Origin: Leptolyngbya boryana PCC 6306
GTDB taxonomy: Bacteria > Cyanobacteriota > Cyanobacteriia > Leptolyngbyales > Leptolyngbyaceae
Length of the DNA stretch: 32,000 nucleotides
Assembly (NCBI RefSeq): GCF_000353285.1
Contig: NZ_KB731324.1
Location: 6,009,018 to 6,041,017 of the forward strand
Direction: 5' to 3'
Shown here: piece by piece, positions 1 to 8,130 of the stretch
Numbering within the stretch: the first letter of the stretch is position 1
How the letters are laid out: each line of letters begins with the position of its first letter
Position numbers and translations under genes: made by a program
Notes under the pieces: model-generated
Told to the model about the DNA's origin: nothing
Databases searched by the model: none
What the model saw: the letters and a program-made list of their open reading frames with translations, nothing else

Positions 1-203
1 GGCACATCCAGGACTCCCTCGCGCTGCCGCAGAGACATTCTCGCCGCCTATCCCAAATCAGCCGGAACCTTTGCCGCAGTTTTGCTTACTCTTACTTGAG
101 CCGCTTTCTGTAGATCACTTAGAACTCAGAGGCGACCCGCAGAATCGACATCAATATCACTTGCATCAAGGTAATTGGAGCATGGAAGCAGTGAATCCTT
201 GAT

Positions 204-959
204 TTATCGAGGCATTGCCCCTGGAAGCGGCGCGGGTGCTGCACCCATACCGGGTGTGCCGGGGGCAGTCCGGATCGGTGGCAGGGTTGCACCGACTGCT
301 GCCGGATTTCCCTGAAAGTTGAATTCCATTTGACGCATCACATTGTTCAGAACAGTAATCGTTTGACTGGTTCCGATCGGGAAGTCGGGAGAGTCAGGCT
401 CGATCACGTACATGCCGGGAATCAGACGAATTTGGAAGAGTCCTTCGGGGTCAGTGACAAGACGTGTTACGCGATCGCGGGCAACTGTCGTGATCTTAAT
501 CGCACCTGTGTAGGGACGAACACGACAGGAAGCGGATGGAGCGGTGACAGGACAGATAGGAGTGAACATTACTTTGCCAGAGATGCCGCTAATTGGAGTG
601 ACCGGAGAACCGGGAAGCGTGCGAATGTCGAGTGGTCTCGGAAGTTCAGGCAGCGGAGCGCGGGCATCTCCAGGCATGGGAACTGGATCGATGGGGATGC
701 GGCGAGGTCTTCGAGTTGGACGCGCAGGAGCGGGCGGAGCGGTAATCGGGGCGGGTGGAGCGCCTGGAATGCCAATCTGGCTCGGTGCAGCGAAAGCATC
801 AGGAGTATCAGGAGCAGGAGCAGGCATTACTTGAGAGAGCCGAAATTGTGCTCTCGCCTGAGTCGCGATCGCAATCATGCCTCCTGTAGCAGCAACGCCT
901 GCGACTACAAGAGCAATTTTGCGCGATTTGGTTAAGCTGATTTTCGTTAAACCAAACAT
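204..959 (-). CDS. secreted or membrane-anchored proline-rich protein, hypothetical
   Basis: 251-aa ORF. It has an N-terminal hydrophobic segment KIALVVAGVAATGGMIAIATQARA ending in an AxA-type site, then a long Pro/Ala-rich linker, then a beta-rich C-terminal half (GKVMFTPICPV...GLFQIRLIPGMYVIEP) resembling a carboxypeptidase-regulatory-like sandwich. The overlapping + strand ORFs (330..935, 544..834) are Arg/Ser/Gly-rich shadows. Confidence 0.55.
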   Translation of the reverse strand: MFGLTKISLTKSRKIALVVAGVAATGGMIAIATQARAQFRLSQVMPAPAPDTPDAFAAPSQIGIPGAPPAPITAPPAPARPTRRPRRIPIDPVPMPGDARAPLPELPRPLDIRTLPGSPVTPISGISGKVMFTPICPVTAPSASCRVRPYTGAIKITTVARDRVTRLVTDPEGLFQIRLIPGMYVIEPDSPDFPIGTSQTITVLNNVMRQMEFNFQGNPAAVGATLPPIRTAPGTPGMGAAPAPLPGAMPR

Positions 960-1061
960 TCCACTCTTCCCAATGGCAACATGTGTTAAAAACTAGCACA
1001 CTCAGGTTTCACAATCCGGTAAACGCCCTGCTTCTTGATGAAAGCTTCAAATGGATTGCAC

Positions 1062-2186
1062 TTAGTCAATTTGCTGAATGATTCCATCTCCTTCAATACG
1101 CAGTTTTCGCCCACGCCAGTAGGCTTCTCGCCCAAATCCACCGATTGCCCAAATTACCAAACTCAATGCATCTCGAAATGGCAGAACCCATAACCAACGC
1201 AATAGCCCAGAGGCATCCATGCTGAATGCTGCGATCGTTGCTTGAGTATAACGAATCACATAGACTAACCCAGTCAGCACGATTGCCCAAGCTGCAAATT
1301 TCGACACTAAAAGCAACAGCAGAGACAATATTGTTCCGTAGCAAAAGATCATACTGTAATAAATGCTACCTCGGTTGAAGCGGATCGTTCTTGACCAACG
1401 TAATTCTCGCTGAAAGAGATCCCAAAGGCTTTCTTTTCCTGTATCGGATTCGAGAATCAGGTGGGAAAGTTCGACGGTGTAACCAGCTTGAGCAGCCCGT
1501 TTACCGAGGTTATAGTCTGAGCCGATGCGGTTGAGTTGGAGTCCGCCAAAGTTGACGAGAGTAGATTTTCGAGTCGCAATCGTCACGCCAATCGCAAATT
1601 TTAATCCTCGATCGAGAGTACGGGCAATTAAAGTACTCGGGATGAAGTCACAGCAGCGCCCCAGAGACGCGATCGCGGAAGTTAAAGACTGAGGATGATG
1701 CGCGATATAGCCACAGGTGATGACGTCAACTTGAGCGAGTGGAGCAGTGACAGTGCGAATATAGTCTGGAGCGACTCGGATATCGCTGTCCGCAAAGATG
1801 AGAGTTTCGTATTGGGTCTGTTCTAAAAGGTAGCTGAGGGTACTGTCTTTGAAGTTAATTCCGCGTGGGGGAAGTCCGACGAAGACTTGAACCCGATCCG
1901 AGTAGGTTTCTTTGAGGCGATAGAGCACAGGGACGGCTGGATCGGTTTCATCGACAACACCGAATAAGACTTCGTAGGTCGGATAGTCTTGCGTACAGAG
2001 AGATGACCAGTTTTCAAATGCACCTTCGTCGAGACCGCAAATCGGAACCAAGACAGAGACAGGATCTTCGGAAGATGCGATCGAGTGAGATTTTGAGAAA
2101 AATTGCAGTGTGAAGTAGGCACAGGCGAGGTAAAAGACCATTGAACCTAGCACTGGGATAGTTAATAAAATTTCGAGCCAGAACAT
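1062..2186 (-). CDS. GT2/GT21-family glycosyltransferase (ceramide glucosyltransferase / HpnI-like), membrane-bound
   Basis: 374 aa. It has an N-terminal TM helix, a VSVLVPICGLDEGAFENWSSLCTQDYPTYEVLFGV block typical of this family, a DxD-type FADSDIRV, a QRELRWSRT (Q/RxxRW) motif and C-terminal TM helices. Confidence 0.8.
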   Translation of the reverse strand: MFWLEILLTIPVLGSMVFYLACAYFTLQFFSKSHSIASSEDPVSVLVPICGLDEGAFENWSSLCTQDYPTYEVLFGVVDETDPAVPVLYRLKETYSDRVQVFVGLPPRGINFKDSTLSYLLEQTQYETLIFADSDIRVAPDYIRTVTAPLAQVDVITCGYIAHHPQSLTSAIASLGRCCDFIPSTLIARTLDRGLKFAIGVTIATRKSTLVNFGGLQLNRIGSDYNLGKRAAQAGYTVELSHLILESDTGKESLWDLFQRELRWSRTIRFNRGSIYYSMIFCYGTILSLLLLLVSKFAAWAIVLTGLVYVIRYTQATIAAFSMDASGLLRWLWVLPFRDALSLVIWAIGGFGREAYWRGRKLRIEGDGIIQQID

Positions 2187-2346
2187 TTTTAAGTTTCGCG
2201 ATCGTCTGATCTAAGGATCGCATCGGTTTGGATACAACATTCAATTTATCGTGGTGTTTGGGTCTCAGATCCGCTCAACCCGCAGAAGATTCTGGCATTG
2301 AATCACGTAGAGTTTTGCAAGTTGAGCAGATCTATAAAGACAGCAA

Positions 2347-4017
2347 TTATGGCGGAGGCAATTCTCCCAAGATTGTGAATCGAATATGATTTAATGCTAA
2401 ATCCCCAATCGATAAATCCATCAAATCACCAATCGGGATTCCTTGACTTCTCAGCGATTCAAAAGAAATGCCTTTACCAATCTCAGCGTGATACCAGGGT
2501 AGCCCCATGAAAAATCGAGTCGGATAAGGTCCACGCTCAACAATGTCATCCGGATTTGACTCCATCGGTAGCCACCCATATCCAGGCAGATAGAACTCAA
2601 TCCACACATGGTTGTAGTCAGGTTCAAGCGGGACATTTTGGCGATCGGCAAAAGGCGGACATTTATACCGTCCAACCGTTCGGCAAGCAATTCCATTCAG
2701 ACGAGATAATGCTAGCAACACGCCCACGTATTCACCGCAAGAACCAACTCCGCGATCAAGAACGACATCAGGAGAATCAATATGAGGCTTAATACCGTAA
2801 GACAATCGATCGTAAACGTAATTCCGAATCTTCAGCATTTTACGTAATACATTGGTCTCCGTTCCGATCGCTTCTTTTGCAGCTTGTTGAATGGCTGGCT
2901 TATCCATTGCCAATTCATCATCATCGACTAAATAGCGATCGCGAAATTCTGGCGGAAGCTCTGGCGACTGTTCAACATCCTCAAACGAAAACTGATACTT
3001 AATACCTCGAACTTCTAGCACCGCTTTCCAGCCGAAAATCTGCCGCTCCTGAGATTTGAGTCTCGGAAATTGAAAGACTGCAACTCTTTGTCCGTCTTGG
3101 ATATCTTCGGTAAACGGAATCCCGATCGCTTCAACGCTGCGAATCTTTTGACGATGCGTTTCCGTTGGCAATGCAATTCGCCATTCTAGATCGGTTAATT
3201 CCACGTCATCGAGGGGAAGGAGTTCCTCAACGTACGACATTTCCACCAAATATCCAGTCGATAACGTGTAGCGCTCGTCTGGATAATGGCGAAAATGTAA
3301 GGGATGAATGAACGTTCGATCGCGATAGGTCAGCTCTAAATTCGGGTCAGCATTCGGATTGTCACGAATGTAAGCTTCTTCACCTGCATAGGAAACATAC
3401 AGCGTTGAATTCAAGAACGCGATCGCAGTTGGATTCTCAAACGGAGTGAGCATACTGAACTTCTGTTCACCCGTTGCGCGATCAAGACAATAAACCGTTT
3501 CTTCGGTGCGATCGCATAGCCAAAGCTCTTCATCTCTCACCGTCAAATTTGTAATTCCAACGCCAGGCAACGGAAATTGGGTAATCTTGCGTTTCGTTTG
3601 ACGTTCGTAGATCAGAATATATCCCAGTTTTTGACTCGTAATATAAACTGTTGACTCCCAAATGCCGATTCCATCGGCTTCATAAGGTAGAACAGTGAAC
3701 AACTGCGGCTCAAACTGTCCAAACTCACAGGAATAAACCTCTTTGCCTTTCGCAAACCAAATCGTATCCTCCCAGACCGCAAAGCCTGTTGCTTCGATAA
3801 ATAGCTCGGTGTGATAGGAATTGAGAATTGTTGTATTGTCACTGAGGGGATTGACCTGAAGCAAATAGCCTCGGATCGCATCCATCGTCACAAGTTGATT
3901 GTGCCAAGTCGCTAAACCTTGCAGCGCATAAGCCCCGATCGGTCGGATTGATCGAGCAGACCACTCTGAAGCGGCTTGGGGGTTGGAATGCGGAGTTGAA
4001 GTACCAGAGTCGAGCAT
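2347..4017 (-). CDS. transglutaminase-like cysteine protease-fold protein with a beta-propeller-like N-terminal half
   Basis: 556 aa. The transglutaminase core triad context is visible: GVGSCGEYVGVLLALSRLNGIACRTV (Cys) and DYNHVWIEFYLPGYGWLPMESNPDD (His, Asp). The N-terminal ~230 aa contain repeated beta-strand-rich W/Y motifs. Confidence 0.8.
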   Translation of the reverse strand: MLDSGTSTPHSNPQAASEWSARSIRPIGAYALQGLATWHNQLVTMDAIRGYLLQVNPLSDNTTILNSYHTELFIEATGFAVWEDTIWFAKGKEVYSCEFGQFEPQLFTVLPYEADGIGIWESTVYITSQKLGYILIYERQTKRKITQFPLPGVGITNLTVRDEELWLCDRTEETVYCLDRATGEQKFSMLTPFENPTAIAFLNSTLYVSYAGEEAYIRDNPNADPNLELTYRDRTFIHPLHFRHYPDERYTLSTGYLVEMSYVEELLPLDDVELTDLEWRIALPTETHRQKIRSVEAIGIPFTEDIQDGQRVAVFQFPRLKSQERQIFGWKAVLEVRGIKYQFSFEDVEQSPELPPEFRDRYLVDDDELAMDKPAIQQAAKEAIGTETNVLRKMLKIRNYVYDRLSYGIKPHIDSPDVVLDRGVGSCGEYVGVLLALSRLNGIACRTVGRYKCPPFADRQNVPLEPDYNHVWIEFYLPGYGWLPMESNPDDIVERGPYPTRFFMGLPWYHAEIGKGISFESLRSQGIPIGDLMDLSIGDLALNHIRFTILGELPPP

Positions 4018-4213
4018 TCAAAAACAGATGCCATAAGTTAACACTTCTGAATTCTAGTAAACCTGAGCGCGATCGAATGTATCCCAGCCAGCGAGTTTTT
4101 GAATTGTGCGATCGGCTTTGATCTCACAAAATATTTAATCTCACAAAGTAAAAGTGGCATTGGATCATCTCCAATACCACCTGCTAACCTTCACCTACAA
4201 ACTGAATTCACGC

Positions 4214-4540
4214 TTAAATCGAGATCATTTCTCGCAGTTCGGCTTCTAAAGCGCGTAAAAGATTTTGATCGCCTCGTTCTCTCGCAACCTGCATTCGACG
4301 TGTGACATTCCGGTGAATTGTCACGCGATGCGCGTCTGCAACAGAATGAGAGCGGCGGACAATGCCAAGCCGTCGCGCCTTCACAGGCGATTTCTCAACC
4401 AGGACATCAGCTTTTGGAATACTCATTTGAGCGATCGTCTGACAAGTCCAGGGTTTCACAGACCGTCCGATTTCCGTTTCTCGCACTTCGAGACTGGGAA
4501 ACGGAGACAAATAAGATTGAGTAAGCCGGGAGTGACGCAT
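4214..4540 (-). CDS. hypothetical small basic protein (start uncertain; an internal Met at MSIPKAD is possible)
   Basis: 108-aa ORF on the same strand as its neighbours. Its sequence looks more protein-like than the overlapping Cys/His/Arg-rich + strand ORFs 4265..4594 and 4318..4524. I recognise no family. Confidence 0.35.
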   Translation of the reverse strand: MRHSRLTQSYLSPFPSLEVRETEIGRSVKPWTCQTIAQMSIPKADVLVEKSPVKARRLGIVRRSHSVADAHRVTIHRNVTRRMQVARERGDQNLLRALEAELREMISI

Positions 4541-4669
4541 AAGAGAGATAATCTAAAAAGGCTATTGCTTGAGGATTCCCCAGGCAATCTATAAACTCGG
4601 GGTTATATTCTGTATCTTACGTGACAGTTTATATTTCACCAATACTACTTAAGGAATATTTAGATCTCG

Positions 4670-5347
4670 CTATCTTTCGAGGCGTTTGAGATGAGCGCAG
4701 ACATCCCCTGAATCCCACTGCAACTCAGCAATCAAGAGCGCACTCACTCCCGTAACGAGTCCCGTAGTCAGAAATTCCCATCCACCCACATAAGGCAGGA
4801 GCGCGATCGCCAAAAAACTTAGCCCTCCGATCCAAGCAAATGCCCGCGATCGAATCCTGATACCTGTGAACAAATACCCGATCGCATTAATGCCTAGCCA
4901 CAGAGGGCACAGCCGCGCCATCAGTTCTCCCCAACTTAGAAATATACTCAAATCCGTGAGAGTAATTCCTACCAGCATCAGGATGACCCAAGCATCGATC
5001 ACATCTTTCAGGGGCTTAATCGTGCGCCAACACTGAGAAAGTTTTGCCATTGAGAGCGTGCCCACCAATGACAATCCCGACCATAAGAAGGCTTGAATTT
5101 GCCAGTCGATCGCTAAAAATTGAGCGGTGGCAAAAATGAGAGTCGAAATGGCTCCCCAGAGGATACAAGCTTGGTCGATGCGAGTGTAAAAGGTGGAAAG
5201 AATTATCGTCTTGCCCAGTTGCCAATGAATGCGCCACAATCCAGGTAAATCCTCGATTTCAAAGGCAGAGCGCTTTCGCCGTAGCGGCACAGATCGGTCA
5301 AACCAAAAGAGTTCCAATAAAAAATTCCAGGTCATTGTTGTTAACAA
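4670..5347 (-). CDS. integral membrane protein, hypothetical (about 6 TM segments)
   Basis: 225 aa with successive hydrophobic stretches (ILWGAISTLIFATAQFLAI, FLWSGLSLVGTL, AWVILMLVGITLTDLSIFL, LWLGINAIGYLF, WIGGLSFLAIALLPYV, LVTGVSALLIA). Confidence 0.6.
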   Translation of the reverse strand: MLTTMTWNFLLELFWFDRSVPLRRKRSAFEIEDLPGLWRIHWQLGKTIILSTFYTRIDQACILWGAISTLIFATAQFLAIDWQIQAFLWSGLSLVGTLSMAKLSQCWRTIKPLKDVIDAWVILMLVGITLTDLSIFLSWGELMARLCPLWLGINAIGYLFTGIRIRSRAFAWIGGLSFLAIALLPYVGGWEFLTTGLVTGVSALLIAELQWDSGDVCAHLKRLER

Positions 5348-5685
5348 TTCTTATTATTATTCTAAGAATACTCGATCGCCTGATAGAAATATCTCTATTG
5401 AAGCAGCGATTAAAGAATTAGGGTGAGACATCAAAAGGTGGATTTTGAGGCAAGTCTAAGTTTGCGACCTGCGACCCGCTGTATTGAACTTGTCATTCGC
5501 TCTGAGCGCTTCTCTTTCTAAAGGTTGACGTAACTTTGAGTTTTTCAGCCCAAGGCTCACTTCTCCAGACAGAGTGACTTGCCTTGACGTTTTGAGTATT
5601 TTGGTTGCATTAGAGCATCTATGAATACCAATCTGAGACATCAACCTCAGTGATTTTGGCTGTAAATAATTAAGGACTATTCAAA

Positions 5686-6255
5686 ATGGCAAATCCCAAT
5701 CCTCGTGATCCCCAAGATCGCACAAACTATCCTGGCTCGACTTCAAACGACCCACTGAATCCACCAAGCTATAACCGTAACGATTTGTCCAGACAAACGG
5801 TTGAAAGGCAGCGGTATGAAGACGCACAGCAAGCCAGAGATGAAAACAATACGGCGAATGGTTTTTTGATTGGAATCTTGTTGACCGGATTAGTTTTAGG
5901 CGGTGCAGCTTTGGCATATTTTGTCACCCAGCGCGATCGTACTCCGGTTCCGCAACGCACGATTGTGGTTCCGAGTGCATCTCCGTCTCCGTCTCCGTCT
6001 CCAGAGGTGCGCGAGCGAGTGATTGAGCGCGATCGCATTGTGCCGGTTCCCCAACCTCAGCAAAGTGCGCCTGTCGTCGTTCCGGCTCCAGAAGTCAGAA
6101 TTGAATCTCCCAGACCTAACCCTCAAACCTCGCCTTCTACGCCCAGTTCTCAACAGCAGGAGCCTGCCCGTCAAGAACAACCGCGATCGACGAGCGAACC
6201 AACGACTACTCCTGAAGCGACTGCAAGCCCCAGTCCAAGTAATACAGGGCAGTAG
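5686..6255 (+). CDS. single-pass membrane protein with a disordered Pro/Ser/Gln-rich tail, hypothetical
   Basis: 189 aa with one TM (FLIGILLTGLVLGGAALAYFV). An AAGGA SD-like element lies about 12 nt upstream of the ATG. It contains an in-frame (TCTCCG)n repeat encoding SPSPSPSP. The antisense ORFs 5769..6038 and 5896..6180 are shadows. Confidence 0.6.
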   Translation: MANPNPRDPQDRTNYPGSTSNDPLNPPSYNRNDLSRQTVERQRYEDAQQARDENNTANGFLIGILLTGLVLGGAALAYFVTQRDRTPVPQRTIVVPSASPSPSPSPEVRERVIERDRIVPVPQPQQSAPVVVPAPEVRIESPRPNPQTSPSTPSSQQQEPARQEQPRSTSEPTTTPEATASPSPSNTGQ

Positions 6256-6333
6256 TGAATGTCCGAAAATTCTTCAATGTATCTGCAATGTTCATATAAT
6301 GAGAAACGAGTCGATCGTATTGGATTTGTTGAG

Positions 6334-6567
6334 ATGACGCTAATTGCAGTGCTGAAGATAATTTGGATGGTTTCTGCGGTAGGAACAATTATTCTGGTGC
6401 TGCTGCATAGCCCGAAAGGGGATGGTTTGGGCGGTTTGGGCGGTCAAGCGCAACTGTTTACCAGTACCAAAAGTGCAGAGACGACGCTGAATCGTCTGAC
6501 CTGGTTATTAATGACGATTTGTATGGGAATCACGGTGGTTCTCAGTGCCGGATGGCTCGGTCGTTAA
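6334..6567 (+). CDS. secG: preprotein translocase subunit SecG
   Basis: Starting from the internal ATG at 6334 of track ORF 6259..6567 gives 77 aa. It has two TM helices flanking the Gly-rich loop LLHSPKGDGLGGLGGQAQLFTSTKSAE, which is the SecG signature layout. Confidence 0.75.
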   Translation: MTLIAVLKIIWMVSAVGTIILVLLHSPKGDGLGGLGGQAQLFTSTKSAETTLNRLTWLLMTICMGITVVLSAGWLGR

Positions 6568-7202
6568 AGTGGAATTGGTTCAAAGCGCATTCGATCTGTT
6601 TCGCGATCGGATGCGTTTTGTTTTGGGCAATTTCGGTGCAGGCGACTCCAAAGATTCACGCAATGCCACCGATTTTGGCGCAGTGGTCTGATCGATCGGG
6701 CGATTATTTCGATCGAGTTGAGAAAACTGAGCCAGAGTATTTGATTTGGTCAGAATTTCCCGTCAAGGTGTATGTCCAATCTGGAGATGCGACTTGGGCA
6801 AAGTTGATGATCCAGGCTGTGAATGAGTGGAAAGCTTATTTTCCCTTAGAGTTGACCGAGCAAAGGGAAGAAGCGGGAATTGTGTTCGATCGTGCTTCTA
6901 TTCCGCTCCGGTTTCCTCCAACGGAGCGAGTTCGATTTGCGGATGCTCGGTTCGAGCTTTACAAACAAAACTCTGTTTTGCGGCATCGGATGAAAATTCG
7001 GATTCAGCCCAATCGTCCAAATGATTCTTTATTGCTAGCAGCGCGGCATGAGTTGGGTCATGCTTTAGGAATTTGGGGACATAGCCCTCTAGAAACCGAT
7101 GTAATGTATTTTTCGCAGGTGCGCACGCCACCAACTATTTCACCGAGAGATGTAAATACGTTGAAACGGGTGTATGAGCAGCCGACTCGATTGGGTTGGT
7201 AG
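6552..7202 (+). CDS. secreted metzincin/matrixin-like zinc metalloprotease
   Basis: Zinc-site motif HELGHALGIWGHS at 7047..7085, followed by DVMYF (a possible Met-turn). The ATG at 6552 gives a signal-peptide-like N-terminus MARSLKWNWFKAHSICFAIGCVLFWAISVQA. The track start at 6519 is the alternative. The gene overlaps the secG 3' end by 16 nt. Confidence 0.7.
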   Translation: MARSLKWNWFKAHSICFAIGCVLFWAISVQATPKIHAMPPILAQWSDRSGDYFDRVEKTEPEYLIWSEFPVKVYVQSGDATWAKLMIQAVNEWKAYFPLELTEQREEAGIVFDRASIPLRFPPTERVRFADARFELYKQNSVLRHRMKIRIQPNRPNDSLLLAARHELGHALGIWGHSPLETDVMYFSQVRTPPTISPRDVNTLKRVYEQPTRLGW

Positions 7203-7362
7203 GAGAGGGTTTGAGCGATCGCGGTTGAGAAAGAAAAATGATTGAGAAGTGATTATAGATGTAGTCACCTCGATCATTGCATACAAGTTTTCAGCCTTAA
7301 GCCTCTTGGAGATTAGAACGATGATAGGAATCAATTTGTCTGAAGAACCTCGTGCGATTTGA

Positions 7363-7557
7363 GAAGCTAAAGAGGAGCAAGCGATCGCTCTAATCACACG
7401 GATGTTGAATCGTCGATTGCAACAAGAATTGCCTGAAGAAGTGCGATCGCGGTTGACTACGCTTTCACTTCCAATCCTCCAAGATCTCAGCGAAGATCGC
7501 ATCATTCTCTTTATCTACAGAAATTCTGAGATTTTTCGGAACGACTTTCATTCTTAG
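7363..7557 (+). pseudogene. DUF4351-like C-terminal remnant of an Rpn/PD-(D/E)XK putative-transposase-family gene
   Basis: My hand translation gives EAKEEQAIALITRMLNRRLQQELPEEVRSRLTTLSLPILQDLSEDRIILF...NDFHS*. This follows the DUF4351 pattern (xxLxRxLxRRxGxxPExxxxxxxLSxxxLxxLxE...). It is preceded directly by an in-frame TGA (7360-7362) and has no nuclease domain upstream. Confidence 0.35.
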
Positions 7558-7593
7558 AGTAGAAAAGATACAGCCCCTATCCGGAAAATCTGT

Positions 7594-8055
7594 ATGACTG
7601 AACCATTCAGCGCTCTCGGTATTGCTGCGTTTGCTTTCTTGAGTCATTTTGCTCAGTCTGAACCTGGAAAGAAGTTTATTGAGTCGATCGTTGGAAAGCT
7701 CGGCGAGAAGATGCTTGAGGCGGGATTGAAGAAAGCAGGGGAATTGAAGTCGATCGTGGTCAAAAAATTGCAGGGAAATGCAACGGCGGAACAAGCGATC
7801 GCATTAGCGGAAAGTGGCGATGAGCAAGCATTGAAAACGGTTGGGGCTTATTTGAATGTGGCAATGGTTGAGGATCAGGAGTTTGCGGCTCAGGTGCGGC
7901 AAATGGCAGAACAGATTATCAACATTGGCAGAATTGAAGGGAAAAACATTCAAAATATTTACGGTGGACAAGGCTTGCAGGTGAATGATTCGACTGCACC
8001 TGTGATTCAGGCGGGAGAGAATGCCAGCATTAATTTCAATTACGGCAAGGATTGA
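7594..8055 (+). CDS. hypothetical helical protein; candidate N-terminal effector module of the downstream NB-ARC/TPR STAND protein (same frame, separated by one TGA)
   Basis: 153 aa. It has a hydrophobic N-terminal helix MTEPFSALGIAAFAFLSHF, then K/E/A-rich amphipathic helices, then a G/N/Q-rich tail NIQNIYGGQGLQVNDSTAPVIQAGENASINFNYGKD. It is in frame with 8131..10302. The overlapping - strand ORF 7465..7794 looks non-coding. Confidence 0.55.
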   Translation: MTEPFSALGIAAFAFLSHFAQSEPGKKFIESIVGKLGEKMLEAGLKKAGELKSIVVKKLQGNATAEQAIALAESGDEQALKTVGAYLNVAMVEDQEFAAQVRQMAEQIINIGRIEGKNIQNIYGGQGLQVNDSTAPVIQAGENASINFNYGKD

Positions 8056-8130
8056 CTGAATTCGTCGGATCGCGGTTCCGACAAAGTAACGCCGTCTTTT
8101 GAAATTCCCTATCGCGTCTCGCCGAATTTT

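Noticed and set aside
1-203. Possible partial gene at the left edge (an open + frame 2..202, or a - strand ATG at 38 reading out of the window)
   Set aside because: It is too short, has no recognisable motif and has ambiguous strand. I cannot support it.
330-935. + strand ORFs 330..935 and 544..834
   Set aside because: They fully overlap the more plausible - strand ORF 204..959, which has a signal peptide. Their translations are Arg/Ser/Gly-rich with no hydrophobic core pattern.
5348-5685. 338-nt divergent intergenic region as a possible ncRNA locus (includes track ORF 5456..5644)
   Set aside because: I could find no strong conserved-looking hairpin, terminator or known RNA motif by eye. 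The 62-aa ORF is unconvincing. It is left unannotated.
7140-7794. - strand ORFs 7140..7505 and 7465..7794
   Set aside because: They overlap the metalloprotease 3' end, the DUF4351-like remnant and the 5' part of the 153-aa ORF. Their sequences are Ser/Arg/Ile-rich with no recognisable features.
8053-8082. TGA 8053 as a selenocysteine codon with the downstream hairpin as a SECIS element
   Set aside because: The hairpin is only 6 bp and I cannot see the features of bacterial SECIS elements. A linker position in an NLR-like protein has no redox rationale, and no sel genes are visible. I kept it only as a generic read-through or nonsense candidate.
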